From the NCBI RefSeq assembly GCF_009914755.1, contig NC_060939.1: a stretch of 64,000 bases of DNA; one strand, written 5' to 3'. Source of the DNA: the human T2T-CHM13v2.0 reference genome, Homo sapiens. Below the pieces are notes generated by a model. It made no database searches and was not told the origin of the DNA. It saw only the letters and a list, made by a program, of their open reading frames with translations. Below, in pieces: positions 39,718-54,692 of this stretch. A program made the translations under genes and the position numbers. Numbering within the stretch: the first letter of the stretch is position 1; every line of letters begins with the position of its first letter.

Positions 39718-40084
39718 TAAAATAACAATGGATGACACTGAAAGAACTGCAAGGCTCAGACTCTTATTTAAGAGCATTTTTAGGGAAACCCAAAGACAGA
39801 ATAGGAGCCAATTTACAAGAACACAAGAGGAAATTGAAGGCTCTGGCATCTGCAGCTATAGCAAACATTAAACAAGGCCTATCTCGCCAGATAAGCATAA
39901 GACCTGTCATTAAAGGCCTATTTACCTCGGATCATATTACATGTTATGTACTAAATGGTTTTCAACTGAAAAATTATGAAGTGTGCTAAAAAGCAAGCAA
40001 AAGCATAGCACGAAAAGACAAATTAAGCATCACATCCAGACTCAGATATGGCATGGATTTTGGAATTATCAGACAGAATTTCAG

Positions 40085-40113
40085 TTGATCTTAGCCAAAA
40101 GGCCAAGAAGGAT
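40085..40113 (-). pseudogene. U2 snRNA 5'-end retro-fragment (about nt 1-30)
   Basis: Reverse complement ATC-CTTCTTGGCCTTTTGGCTAAGATCAA vs U2 ATCGCTTCTCGGCCTTTTGGCTAAGATCAA; flanking direct repeat ACAGAATTT at 40073-81 and 40115-23. Confidence 0.88.
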
Positions 40114-40894
40114 AACAGAATTTAAAATAACTCTGATTAATATGTTAAGAACTATAACGGTAAAATAGAGAACATGCGAGAATAGATAAGTAATGTAAAG
40201 AGACAGCTAAAAATACTAACAAAAAAATCAAAAGAAAATGTTAGAAATAAAAAAAAGCACTGTAACAGACATATTTTGGTGGGATTGTTAGTAAACTATA
40301 CCTGACCAAAGAAAGAATAAGTGAGCTTGAAGATATGTCAGTAGAGACTTAACCTTAGAAAGCACAAACAAGGATAAAACCTCCCGATTTTACACCTAAG
40401 TATATTGTATTAAACTGCAGAAAACTAAAGAAAAAAGAAAATCTTAAAAGCAGCCAGGTGTGCACTTTAGAAGAAGAAAGATAAGAATTATACCAGACTT
40501 CTTTTCAGAAATCATGCAAGAAAGAAGAGAGTAAAATATTTAAATTACTGAGAGACATACCAATATAGAATTCCATATTCAACAAAATTATCCTTCAAAA
40601 GTGAAGGAGAAATAAAGTATTTATCAGACGAACAAAAAGCTGAGAAAATTCATTGCCAATGGAACTTTTCTGCAGGAAATACTAAAAGTTCTTCAGAGAG
40701 AAGAAAAATGATACAGATTAGAAACAAATTTACATAAAGAAAAGAGCATCTAAGAAGGAATAAAGGTAAAATAAAATCTTTTCTTTCTAAAATTCTTAAT
40801 TGATCTAATACGTTACTGTTCAAAGTAATAATAGTAACAATATATTAGGTAATTATAGAATATGGATAAGTGGAATGAATGACAGCAATGCAAA

Positions 40895-41447
40895 ATATAA
40901 GGGATTCAACTAATGTGGAGGACGATCTAGGAAACCTATATTACCACGAGCGCAATAGCACACACAAGCTTTAACGGGTAACACTTTAACAGGTTTGCTT
41001 GCTGGGGAAGCCTCTTATAGCAGGAATCTGTCCAAAGATTACAGCATGGGGGTGGCTACTTAGAAGGGGAGAAGAACAAGGAAACATTTTGAGGAGAGGG
41101 AAAATGGAGAGAAAACTTACTATCCAGGTGATGTCACTCAGCAACAAGGAAGGGATTCTGTAGGTCAGAAAACTCCAAAGTGCCTAGCAGCTTGGGGTCT
41201 TACAACCACAGGCTTGCTTTTGTCAGTGGCCACCAAATGTGAGGTGAGGTTTCATTGGATATGCAAAGCAAGCAGTCTCTCAATGACTAAAAATCTGCTT
41301 GTTTGACTATTTTAAAAATAACTGGATATGTAAAAATTTTGAGTTTGGCCCTCGTGGGTCTTGCAGCGAATGGGTCTCAGCACGCAGTGAAGAAATAAGC
41401 AATCTGGGGAGCAATACACAGACATTATTTTTGACAAATTTATATAA
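40895..41447 (-). mobile_element. Probable solo LTR inserted in the L1M inter-ORF region (ERVL MER73/74/76-like; family uncertain)
   Basis: About 550 bp of non-L1, more GC-rich sequence interrupting otherwise collinear L1M ('gaatgacagcaatg' to 'ggaaggaattgggaat'). Confidence 0.45.
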
Positions 41448-42404
41448 TAGTAAACAATGGAAGGAAGGAATTGGGAATGCACGATTATAAGTACAGTTAC
41501 CTTAGAATAGTGTATTCCCAATTCCTTCCTTCCATCCTTTGTGTGAAGCTCTGTAATGTTATTCGAGAGTGAACTTAAATGCTTTATGTATATAGCAAAC
41601 TCCATGACAATCACAAATTTGTGTGTATGTGTGTCTGTATGCTTGTATTTGATATGCTAACAGAGGAGAGAAAATGGACACATGTAATATGATCAGTTAA
41701 AACCAGAAGAGGCAGACAAAAAGGAGAAAAAAGAAAAAATATAACAAATAGAAAACAGTTACAAACATGGTAGATAAACCAACTCTATAAAAATAATAAC
41801 TGTAAATGTGCAGGTCTAAATACATTATCAAATAGAAATTGTCAGAGTGGATCTAAAAATTAAATCCAATTATATGTTGTCTATAATAAATATGCTTTAA
41901 ATATAAATACACAGATACATTAAAAGTAAAGGGATAGAGAAAGATATATCCTGCTAGCACTAATCAGAAGAAGGCTGGAGTAGCTATATTAATTTCAGAC
42001 AAAGCAGACTTCAGAAAAAGAAATTTATCAAGAATAAAAAGGATAATATAGAGAGGATAATATAAAGGAGCCAATTATCTAAGGAGACATAACAACCCTT
42101 AATATATTTGTGCCAAATAACAATGAATCAAAGTATGTGAAGCAAAAGTGTATAGAATGCAAAGAGAAATAGACAAATCCACTATTAGACTTGCAGACTT
42201 TTACAACCCTATTTAAATAATTTATAGATCATGTCTAACTTTTACTTGAGGAGACCAGAGAAAGGAAAGAAACTTAGGCCTAAAAGAAGCAGAAGAAAAG
42301 AATTTAGAGTAATTAGTGCGGAAATCAGTGAAATTAAAAACAGAAAATATTGGAGTAAATCAATAAAACCAAATGTTGGTTGTTTAAAAAGATAAACAAA
42401 CTTG

Positions 42405-42832
<428 letters not shown>

Positions 42833-43740
42833 TCAAAGGATGATAAAGGGATATTATGAAAAACTCCATGCCCACAAATGTGATGAATAGAATATTCCAA
42901 TTCCTTAAAAGACACGAAATACCCAAAATCCCACAGGGAGAATTATATAATCTGAATACGTCTGTGTCTATTAAAGAAATTGAACAATAATTCAAGAAAG
43001 AAAACACCAGGCCCAGATGGTTTCACTGGCGAATTTTACCAAAGGTTTAAGGAAGAATTGATACGAATTCTCTTCAATGTCCTCAAGAAAATAGAAGCAG
43101 AAGGAGCATCTCTTATCTCATTGCTATGAGACAAGCATTACCATAAAACCAAAACCAGATAGAGACATTACAAGAAAAGAAAACGACAGACCAGTTTCTC
43201 TCATGATCGCAGATAGAAAAATCCTCAGCAAACCAAATCCAACAATGTACAGTTATTTACCAGGACCAAGTGGGATTTATTCCAGTTATGCAAAACTAGT
43301 ATTATATTTAAAAATCAATTAAGGCAACCCCTTACATTAATAGGAATTGATCATGGTAATACCAATCAAAATCCTGGCAAAATCCTATTTTATGGATATT
43401 GTGAAATTGAAGTTTAGAGTCAGTTTCAAAGTTGGAGGACAGTTCACATTTTACTATAAAGTTGTACAGTTATCAAGCAGAGTGGTATTGTCAAAAAATA
43501 GACTCATAGATCAATGGAATGTGATAGAGTGCTCAGAGACAAATCCATACAAATACAGACAATGGATATTTGACAAAGGAACAAAGGCAGTTCATTTTTC
43601 AACAAATGCTGTTAAACAATTGGATGTCCAAATGCAAAAAAAAAAAGAAAAGAATTCAACAGAGACTTAAATGTTTCATAAAATAACTCAAAATATGATC
43701 AGTAATCTAAATATAAAATGAGTACTGTAAAACTTTTAGA

Positions 43741-44113
<373 letters not shown>

Positions 44114-44364
44114 TTAATATACAGCACCAAAAGCATGATCCATGGAAAAAAATGGATAAATTATACTTTATCAAAACTTAAAAAAATTCTGTTCTGCAAA
44201 GGTGACTGTTAAGAGAATCAAAAAGCAAGACACAGACTAACAGAAAAAGTTTTTACACCACATAACTGATACAGAACTTGTATCCAAAGTATACAAATAA
44301 CACTTAGACCTCAACACTAAGAAAACAACAACAAAAAACCAGAAAGCCCAAGTTAAAAATATGT

Positions 44365-45732
44365 CTGTCTATTCAATGCAATTCCAGTAAAAATTTATTC
44401 AGGTTTTTTCTTTGGTAGAAATTCACAAATTCTAAAATTTGCATCAAAAGAAACTGCTGAAGTAGCCAAAATAATTGAAAGAGAAGACCAAATTTGGGGG
44501 ACTTATACCTCTTGATTTCAAGATTTATTATAAAACTACAGTGAAAAATATAAAAAAATTAGCTGGGCGTGGTGGCAGGTGCCTGTAGTCCCAGCTACTC
44601 GGGAGGCTGGGCAGGAGAATGGCATGGACCCAGGAGGCAGAGCTTGCAGTGAGCCGAGATTGTGCCACTGCACCCCAGCCTGGGCGACAGAGTGAGACTC
44701 CGTCTCAAAACAAACAAACAAAAACAAAACAAAAAAACTACAGTGATCCAGACCCTAGTGTAAAAATAGATGATAGTTCATTGGAACAGAATCAAGTGTT
44801 TAGCTATAGACACATAATCACACTGACAAGAAAATGAAAAGCATTTCATAGACTGGAAAAACATTTGCAAAATGTATATCCAAACAAGGATCTATATCTA
44901 GAATATATGAAGAACTTTTACAGCTCATAAGAACACAAACAATAAGCCAGTTTTAAGATTGGCAAAAGATTTGCTCAGACACTTTACCAAAAAAGATGTA
45001 CGGATGGCAAATAAGCACATGTAAATTTCCTTGGCATTATTATTCATTAGAGAAATGCAAATTAAAAGAAGTTACCAGTATACTCCTACTAGAATGGCTA
45101 AAATTAGAAACACTGATCAGCCTAGAGCAACTACAACTCTCATGTAGGGCTGGTGGGCTTGTGAAATGGTAGAACCACTTGGAAAAAGTTTGGGAGTTCT
45201 TAAAAGTGAATCATATAACCTAGCCATTGTATTTCTAAGTAGTTATCCAAAACACTTGAAAGCACATTTCTGTACAAAAAATGAGTTCATAAATGTTGTT
45301 TTATTTGTAATAGCTAAAAACACAAATGTTCATCAGCAAGTAAATAAATTCAAGCATATCCATACAATGACATATTGCTTATTAATAAAAATAAATGAAC
45401 TCCATATGCTACAACATGGATAAATCCAAAAGTCATTATGCTGACTGAAAGATGCCAGAATACCTATTTCATAATTGCATTTATGTAACATTTTGGAAAA
45501 CAGAAAGTAATCTGTAGCATCAGAAATCAGATCATTGGTTGTCTGTGGGATAGATGGGGTTTAAAAGGGTGGGAGGAAAGGCTTACACAACAACAGGTGG
45601 AAACTTTTGGGAATATGAGTGTGTTGTTTATGGAGATAGTTTCATGGATTCATACATATATGTCAAAACTTATCAAATTGTAAATTTAAATAATGCAGTT
45701 TTATGTGAAGTCTTGATAAAGGTTTAAGAAAA
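44365..45732 (+). mobile_element. Old L1M ORF2 3' part and 3'UTR (L1MC/MD-like)
   Basis: 'ttcaatgcaattccag', 'atggcaaataagcacatg', 3'UTR 'catatatgtcaaaacttatcaaattgta'. Confidence 0.8.
44545..44733 (+). mobile_element. AluY right arm (5'-truncated insertion)
   Basis: 'gaatggcatggacccaggaggcagagcttgc'; 13-bp TSD AAAACTACAGTGA at 44532-44 and 44734-46. Confidence 0.93.
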
Positions 45733-46221
45733 AATAGATATGTTTTGTCTTTTTAAAGACTTGCTATTAGAATTTTAAATTGCTATTATTTAATCATTTT
45801 CCTCTTTTTTAGACTATAATCTTTTCAAAGTCAGGATTCCATTCTATTTTTTTAACCTTTATTTTTAGTTCAGGGGTACGTGTGCAGGTTTGTTACGTAG
45901 ATATTTATCACCCATGTATTAAGCCCTGTACTCATTAGTTATTTTTCTTGATACTCCCCCTCCTCCCATCCTCCAACCTCATGTAGGCCCCAATGTCTAT
46001 TGTTGCCCTCTGCGTGTCCATGTGTTCTCATCATTTACTCCACTTATAAGTGAGATCATGCAATATTTGATTTTTTGACCGTCTTAGCTTGCTAAAGATA
46101 ATGACTTCCAGCTCCGTCCATGTCCCAGCAAAGTACATGATCTCATTCTTTTGTTATGGCTGCAAAGTATTCCATGGTGTATATGTACCACATTTTCTTT
46201 ATCAGTCTACATTTTCTTTAT

Positions 46222-47165
<944 letters not shown>

Positions 47166-47614
47166 GAATAGTTGCCTGAAGTTTACTTTTTTTTTTTTTT
47201 TGTATCTGCCAGGTTTTGGTATCAGGATGCTGCTTGCCTCATAAAAGAGTTAGGTAGAAATCCCATCTCAATTTTTTTAAATAATTTCAGTAGGAATGGC
47301 ACCAGCTCTTTGTACATCTGGTAAAATTCAGCTGTGAATGTCTAGTCCTGAGTTTTTTTAGGTTGGTGGGCTATGTATTACTGCCTCAATTTCAGAGCTC
47401 ATTATTGGTCTGTTCAGGGATTCAATTTCTTCCTGGTTCAGTCTTAAGAGGGTATATGTGTCCAGGAATGTATCAATTTTTTCTAGATTTTCTTGTTTAT
47501 GTGCGTAGAAGTGTTTATAGTATCCTCTGATGGTTGTTTGTTTTTCTGTGGAGTTGGTGATAATATTCACCTTGTCATTTCTGACTGTGTTTATTTGGAT
47601 CTCTGTGTTTTCTT

Positions 47615-48341
47615 CTATTTTTTTCCTTCAACTTTTAAGTTCCGTGGTATGTGCAGGATGTGCCAGTTTGTTACATAGGTAAATGTGTGCCATGGTAGTT
47701 TGCTGCACAGATCAACTCATCGCCCAGGAATTAAGCCCAGCATTTATTAGCTATTCTTCCTGGTGCTCTCCCTCCCCCACTCCCCCCACAGGCCCCAGCA
47801 TGTGTTGTTCCCCTGCCATGTGTCCATGTGTTTTCATTGTTCAGCTCTCACTTGTAAGTGAGACCATGTGGTGTTTGATTTTCTGTTCCTGCAATAGTTT
47901 GCTGAGGATAATGGCTTCCAGCTCCATCAATGTTCCTGAAAATGATATTATCTCATTCCTTTTTATGGCTGCATAGTATTCCATGGTGTATATGTACCAC
48001 ATTTTCTTTATCCAGTCTATCATTGATGGGCATTTGGGTTGATTCTACGTCTTTGCTATTGTGAATAGTGCTGCAATGAACATACATGTGCATGTATCTT
48101 TATAATAGAATTATTTATATTCCCTTGGATATAATACCCAGCAACGGGATTGCTGGGTCAAATGGTGTTTCTGCCTCTAGGTATTTGAGGAATTGCCACA
48201 CTGTCTTCCACAATGGTTGAACTAATCTACATTCCCACCAACAGTGTAAAAGTGTTCCTAATTCTTCCCAGCCTTATCAGCATCTGTTGTTTCTTGACAT
48301 TTTAATAATCACCATTCTGACTGGCATGAGATGGTATCTTA
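47615..48341 (-). mobile_element. L1PA10/11-like 3' fragment nested in the L1PA13-like element
   Basis: A second L1 3'UTR ('gtatgtgcaggatgtgccagtttgttacatagg') plus ORF2 C-terminus (ORF 47841..48023) interrupting host ORF2. Confidence 0.9.
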
Positions 48342-51300
48342 TTCATTATTAGTCTAGTTAGTGGTCTTTTATTAATGTTTTCAAAAAAATCTCCTGGATT
48401 TGTTGATATTTTGAATGGTTTTTCATGTCTCAGTCTTCTTCAGTTTAGCCCTAATTTGGGTTATTTCTTGTCTTCTACTGGCTTTGGGATTTGTTTGCTC
48501 TTGGTTTTCCAGTTCTTTTAGCTCTTATGTTAGGTTGTTAACTTGAGATCTTTCTAGCTTTTTGATGTGGACATTTAGTGCTACAAATTTCCCTCTTAAC
48601 ACTGCTTTAGCTGTGTCCCTGAGATTCAGGTATGTTGTATCTTTGTTCTCATTAGTTTCAAAGAGCTTCTTGATTTCTTCCTTAATTTCACTATTTACCC
48701 AAAAGTCATTCAGGAGCAGGTTATTCAATTTCCATGTAATTGTATGGTTTTGAGTGAATTTCTTAGTCTTGATTTCTAATTCTAACTCTGGGGGACTTGT
48801 ATTGGGCCCTGACTTTGTTCTCTGGCTCCTTGAGTTTTGCAGTCTACTGCACAAGGGGGACCGAGGTGTGGCAGCTGCAGCTGACTGCTAGTGAATGCAG
48901 GGATTCCTGCCTCTCTGTGGACATTCACCACACTGGCTGAGGCAAGGCAGTTGTAAGGGGAGTGGAGGACCCCTGCTGGATACTGTGTGTGCCGTTGCAC
49001 TGGAGGTAGTGTTGGTTTGGGGCAGGGTGCTGGCCAATGCAGGTCTGGATGCCTTCTCTGTGCCCCACAAGCAGGAGTGATTGCTCAAGTTGTGAGATGA
49101 TCCCCTGTCAGTGTTAGTAGAAGAGCAGGGTGCTAGTGGGGGCTTGCTGGCTCTGTGTTCGCCAAAGCTCCATCTGCAATGGTGGTCAGCGGCGGTTGGG
49201 GGCATACTGCACTTCCGCGTGCTGGCGGGGAAAGTAAAGTAAAACCTGCCTGGGCAGACATGTGCTAGCAAAGTGATGTAGGGAGTTGCCATGGGCTTTG
49301 GGGAAGCTGCAGTATGGGGAGGGAATGTGCAGGCTGGTGTGTGACTGTAGAGGCCTCCTCGCTGGAGATCTCCACTGGTCAGGCACAGTCTACTGGCACA
49401 GAAGCTAGGGTGTAGGTCCCCAGGGCATTGAGACTGCCCCATAAGCAGGTGTGGCCAGGCTGGAGTCCTGGGTGAGACCAGCAGACCAAAGAGTGCTCGG
49501 GTCAGAACAGCCCTGTCTGATATACAAGACTGTCTTGCAGAGACAAGGGTCCAATAATTCCCCTAGGGCTAAAGTCTCTTACATGAGCAAGTCAAGCCTA
49601 GAGGGATGGCTGTCCCTGGCCACACTCTGTTACGGATGCTCCTGCACCAAACCCTCTGATCTGCACATCAGCTGGCTTGCTGCTCCACCACTTTGCTTGT
49701 TTCCTGGGGGTTCCACCCCACAGACATGTGGGTTAGCAGTTGTTCAGTGCAATCAACCCATGGTGGAGGGTCTGTGCTGTAAGCCAGGGGTTCCCTGTCT
49801 GGTGACAAGTAGTAGGGGGTGTGTTGGAGCCATGGGAGACAGACTCACCACCTCTCCTTGGGTCAACTGCAGCTTTTTGGAGGTATGGATAAGGCACTTA
49901 GGGTCTTTGCTCCTTTGTTAGTCTGAGGGTAGCAAGGACAGTTCCACTGCAGAGGCAGTGGCAGAGAGGTTTTCAGGTGCCCCTGGAGGCTCTGTCCAGG
50001 GAGTTGCCAGGTTGCTACTTGTTCAGTAGCTCTGGTGAGGGGGGTAGCTAGAAGATCAGGCCTGGAGGACCTGCCCAGTGAAGAGATATGGGAATGGGTA
50101 CCCATGTAACAGTCTGGCCACTTTTCCATAGGGCTTCTGTGCTATGCTGGGGGCCCGCTTTAGTCCCTAGTTGCCTCGGATTTTCCAGTACCTGGAGGTG
50201 TCACCAGTGAAGGCTGAGAAACAGCAAATATGGCAGCCTGCTCCTCCCTCTGGCAGCTTCGTCCCAGGGAGGTATGGGCCTGTTGCCAGCCCTAATGCAC
50301 CTGTAGGAGGTGGCTGGAGACCCTAGTTGGGAGGTCTCACTCAGTTAGGAGGAATAGGATTGAGGACTGGCTTAAAAAAGTAGCCTGGCCAAATTTTTGC
50401 AGCTGTGCTATGCTGGGGGTCTGCTTCAGCCCAAGGTTGCCTTGGACACTCTGAAGCCTGAAGGCTGAAATGACTAAGGCACCCAAACAGCCTTCCCCTC
50501 CCTCTGGGAGTTCTGTCCCAGGAGGAATTTAGATCCCTGTTGGCTGGAGAACACTGGTAGGGGTAGCTGGATATCCCAGTTTGGAGGTCCTGCCCTGTGA
50601 GGAGGAACAGGATTAAGGGCCCACTTAAAGAAGCAGTCTGACCATGTAGAACAGACTGCGGTAGAGCAGCTGTGATGTGCTAGGAGATTCCTTTCACCCC
50701 TGGTTGGTTTGGACTCCCAAAGCCCAAGGCTGTAATGGCTAAATTGTACAAAGAGCAGAGATGGCAGCTCATCCCTCCCCCTGGAGCTCCATCTCAGAGA
50801 GGCGCAACACTGGTTTGCTAGCTGGAATTCCAAGCCAGTGGTCTTATCCTATGAGGTGCCATGGAAGTGGTGCCTGCAGTCCTTTGCTGCTCAGCCCCCT
50901 GGATTCAGCCTGTTTCCTAGAGGTATGTACCAGGATCTAACCTCCTGCCTTGCTGTAGTTGCAGCTACTTTTGCCAGGATGCCTGGAAGTAGAACTCCTG
51001 GGTTTCTGAATTTAGAACTCCTGGGTTTCTGCACGTACCTGAGCTGCTGCTCTGCCGAGACTCCATGCAACTCTTTATGTCAGACTGAAGGCCCTGGTGG
51101 AGAGGGTTCACAAAGGGATCCCCTGACCTGAGGATTGCAAAGATCCGTGGGAGAAGCGTGGGATCCCGGGGTCACACATTCACTCACCACTTCCCTGGGT
51201 TGGTGGGGAGCTTCCCTTGGCTCCATGTCGCCCCTAGGTCGGCCATCGTCTTGTCTTGCTTTTCTCTGTTCTCCGTGGGTCAAGCTGTTTCCTTGATTAG

Positions 51301-51396
51301 TCCCAATGCGAGTCAATGGATGTTTCCATTGAAGGTGTATTTACTCGCCCCTTCCCTTCCTCTCCGTGAGAGACACACACGTTAGCTGCTTCTAGT

Positions 51397-51407
51397 CGGC
51401 CATCTTG
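51397..51407 (-). promoter_or_regulatory. YY1 motif at the L1 5' end
   Basis: Reverse complement CAAGATGGCCG about 12 nt from the L1 5' terminus, matching the L1 YY1 element. Confidence 0.7.
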
Positions 51408-54229
51408 GCCACTCCCCTCATTCTATTTTTGCACCAAGTGAGTAATATAAGAACTATTGAATGCATATGTAACAAATAACAAGAAAAATAGTGTAAATTA
51501 ATTAATGACTACATATTACGGAGCACATACTATGTGCTAAGGTCTTTAGGAAATTTCGTGAAGTCTTATTTGAGGTTAATATGCCTTAGTAAATGAGAAA
51601 AGAAGGGAACAAAAAGCCCAGTTTGTTTGTAAATGTGCAGCAGAGTAAACTCAGCAAAGGTAACTATGTTACATTAATCTGAAAACCCTAAAACCCTGAC
51701 CATAGTAATATTTTAATTACTAATGCTAGCAAGATTTTCTCATCACAGTTGAACCCTTCTTGATATGAGTGTGCCTTAGATTAAATAAACTAATGCTAAG
51801 TGAGATTCCACTTCGGATGGCATCAGCCTAAATAAGGTTGGGCAAGATAAGGGGACCCGTAAGAGATTTAACGTGAACAGTACGAATATTCTCATTTGGG
51901 TCTAGGAGTTTGTCTTTACTCAATGGACCTAAATAATAGGCCTCTTCATTATTTTTAAGACCCTAGAGTTCAGAACCTGATACAATTGGTTGATGTGATT
52001 GCATTAAGAAAATGTAGGATAAGCCTCCAGCTCCCACATCTACCTCTTTGCATATGCTAATTTCTCTAGATACCCCTCAGATACACAACCATTGTGCTTT
52101 GTATTATGTGGCAATATGAAGTGGGACTGTCTGAGGAGTTTATAGCCTAATTAGAGAAAATATAGAAACATGACAAAAGTACCTAAACCACTAGGAAGTG
52201 GTAAATACCGAATGACAGCATGGGAAGTTTCTACCTTTTGGCAAGAGAAACTTGATTAAAAAGGTGGTATTTTAGTTCAATCAAATAGAACTACAGCAGA
52301 CTAAGGGGTGGACAAAGGGCACTGAGGGTTTAAGAAACAAGAATGAGATGAGGAAAAAGAATAGGAAAGAAAAAATAATTTAGCAAAAATAAGCAAACCA
52401 ATGAAATAAAGATAAACATTGCATTCAGCCAAGCAATTTGGTCTTTTGAGGAGGGAAACACAGTTTTGAAAGCTGACTTAATTTTTTCCTATTCTTTAAG
52501 CCAGCCCTTATTTATATAGTATTTTTAAATTTCATAAGTTATCTCTTAAATACTGACATCACAATTCTCTAAAATTTAATTTGTAATACCTAATCCAGAT
52601 GGTAGAGATGATGATACTTAAAAATTATATTCACAAATTGAATTCTATATGAGGGGATGTTCATCGAGTCTATTTAGGGAATGGGTTATGTCAAGTGATT
52701 GAAAATGATTCTTCATATTATTAATGTTATATATAGTAAAGTTAGACATATATTAATGTTATACACATGTGTGAGGGCTGGGTTTGTCAACTATGAAAAC
52801 ATAGGGTTATTAATCAGATTGACTAGTTGATGTTTGCTCTATGCTATGACTGAATCATATATAATAAATCAAGGAAGAACCCTGGCATTAGGATGAAATA
52901 AATTATAAAAAAAATAGTTACTTGGGATGCCTGAATCAACTCATGGTAAACTGTCTTCTGTACCAAGTTGAATAAGTTTAAACCTATCCAACAATGCACG
53001 GTTCCTGGGAGAAAATCCTCAGCTGAAGAGATGATAATGTGGGATAACTTCACTCTCAAGGAAGGATAGACAACTTCTGGGAAACTTTGATATCACGTTC
53101 GTATCACTTTTCTGAAATTATCTTCCTGTAGCATTACTCCTTGAAATAAAATGCCATAACAGCAAGATTTTGGGGCATTCTGTCACTACAGTAACCTTAA
53201 AAATGGAAATAAAATTGAACAGTGTTTGCATTTCACAAGGAATTCTACATTTCCCATGGGTCCACTAAGCTCAGAAAACATCTTCAGAGAAAAACACTTC
53301 TCTTTTCTAGTACAAAAGATGTAAATTATAACAAATCAAATGGAGTGGGAATGACAAGGTCACTTAAAAGAACTTCTGTGATTAAATAGTCTATATTGAA
53401 ATTGTATTGTGACAGATTTTAATTGACACCTTGAGTGAAAAGTGTTTTTTTTTTTTCTGTAAAACTTTTCTGCAAAGAAAGCCTGTTAAAAGAACATAGC
53501 TTGTCTCACCCACTCTTTAGACAATACTAGAATAAGATGCACACTTACACATGAGAGGAGTTTATGCAATTTTAGAGCATGAAGTAATCCTAGAGATAAT
53601 CTATTTCAACCATCCTGTGTTGCAAATGAGGATACAGGCCTAGAGGTCAAGATAAGATTTACGTTTAAGAAAGATTAGTCTGGCAGCATGGACGAGACAC
53701 TGCGGCTATAGTCTCAGGGGTTGGTCTAGGTAAACTTGGTTCAGAATGAGTTGTTTCTCCATTGGTTGGAAGTGCATGTCATCTGAAGAATGACTGTGAC
53801 TTGAAGCTCAGGTTTAGACAAAAGGGGCAGAGTCTGGCAACAGTTCCAGAAAGCAGTTAAAAAAGATGCCACAGATAAGATAAGCAACCTTCTGAGAAAT
53901 AGATTCCAAGGCTAGAAGAAGTTATAGGATGAATACCAGTGCCTACAAAGTAAGAATGCCAAGGACATAGTGTTTTATGACTTTTGCCTATGATGTGAAA
54001 AAGGGCTTGGCCTATAGTTTGGAGGTCCAGAGTTGAAATGCAAGAGATCAGTGCAAAGAAGATTGAATAAACTTGAGTGATATTGAGGCCATAAAAAAGC
54101 CTGATAAACTCTCATAAGCTCATTTGGCTCTTCCTTTTCTAGATTCATAGAAATCAGGCCTCAATGTTGTCACTTTACTTTGGGGGCAAAAATGCCCCTT
54201 TCTGAGAGCCCTTGTAACAACCAAAAAGA

Positions 54230-54400
54230 GTATATGAACTTAGGAGTAGAAACAAAGTGACATTTAATTCTGACTTTGATGCTGGCCAGACAAATGACCT
54301 TGGACAAATTACAAATCCTCTCTGAGATTCAGTTTTTTACTGGAAAAACAGAGATTAAACTACCCTTTAATTCAAAAAGTTATTTGAGAATAATATTTCT
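54230..54400 (+). mobile_element. MIR SINE
   Basis: 'tgaccttggacaaattacaaatcctctctgagattcagttttttactggaaaa'. Confidence 0.7.
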
Positions 54401-54692
54401 AAAATCCCAAGCAAAGAATATGCTTTCAATAAATAGTGTTTACTGTAAGGCTAGATTTGTTTTAAAAATTACATCTTTTAGAAAATATATACTAGTTTTG
54501 CTCTTTCTGAGAATAGCCTGACTCATCCACTAAATGTTGAACTTATAATTTGACTCTCAAAGGGATACCATTGTCTACAAGTTATGAGAGTATTTTACTA
54601 TATCCCTCTAAGTACATGGCTATAAATTAGAGTGATCAGTCTAATCCTAGGATTTGGCAAATGTATTATTCTTTTATCAGCATGGCTCTTAG

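Noticed and set aside
50990-51031. 19-bp direct repeat TAGAACTCCTGGGTTTCTG; similar 18-bp pair at 1561-1596
   Set aside because: Simple local duplications inside repeats with no further structure
48782-51385. Cluster of longer ORFs (up to 184 aa) on both strands
   Set aside because: They lie in the GC-richer L1 5'UTR where stop codons are rarer; no recognisable protein and no splice structure
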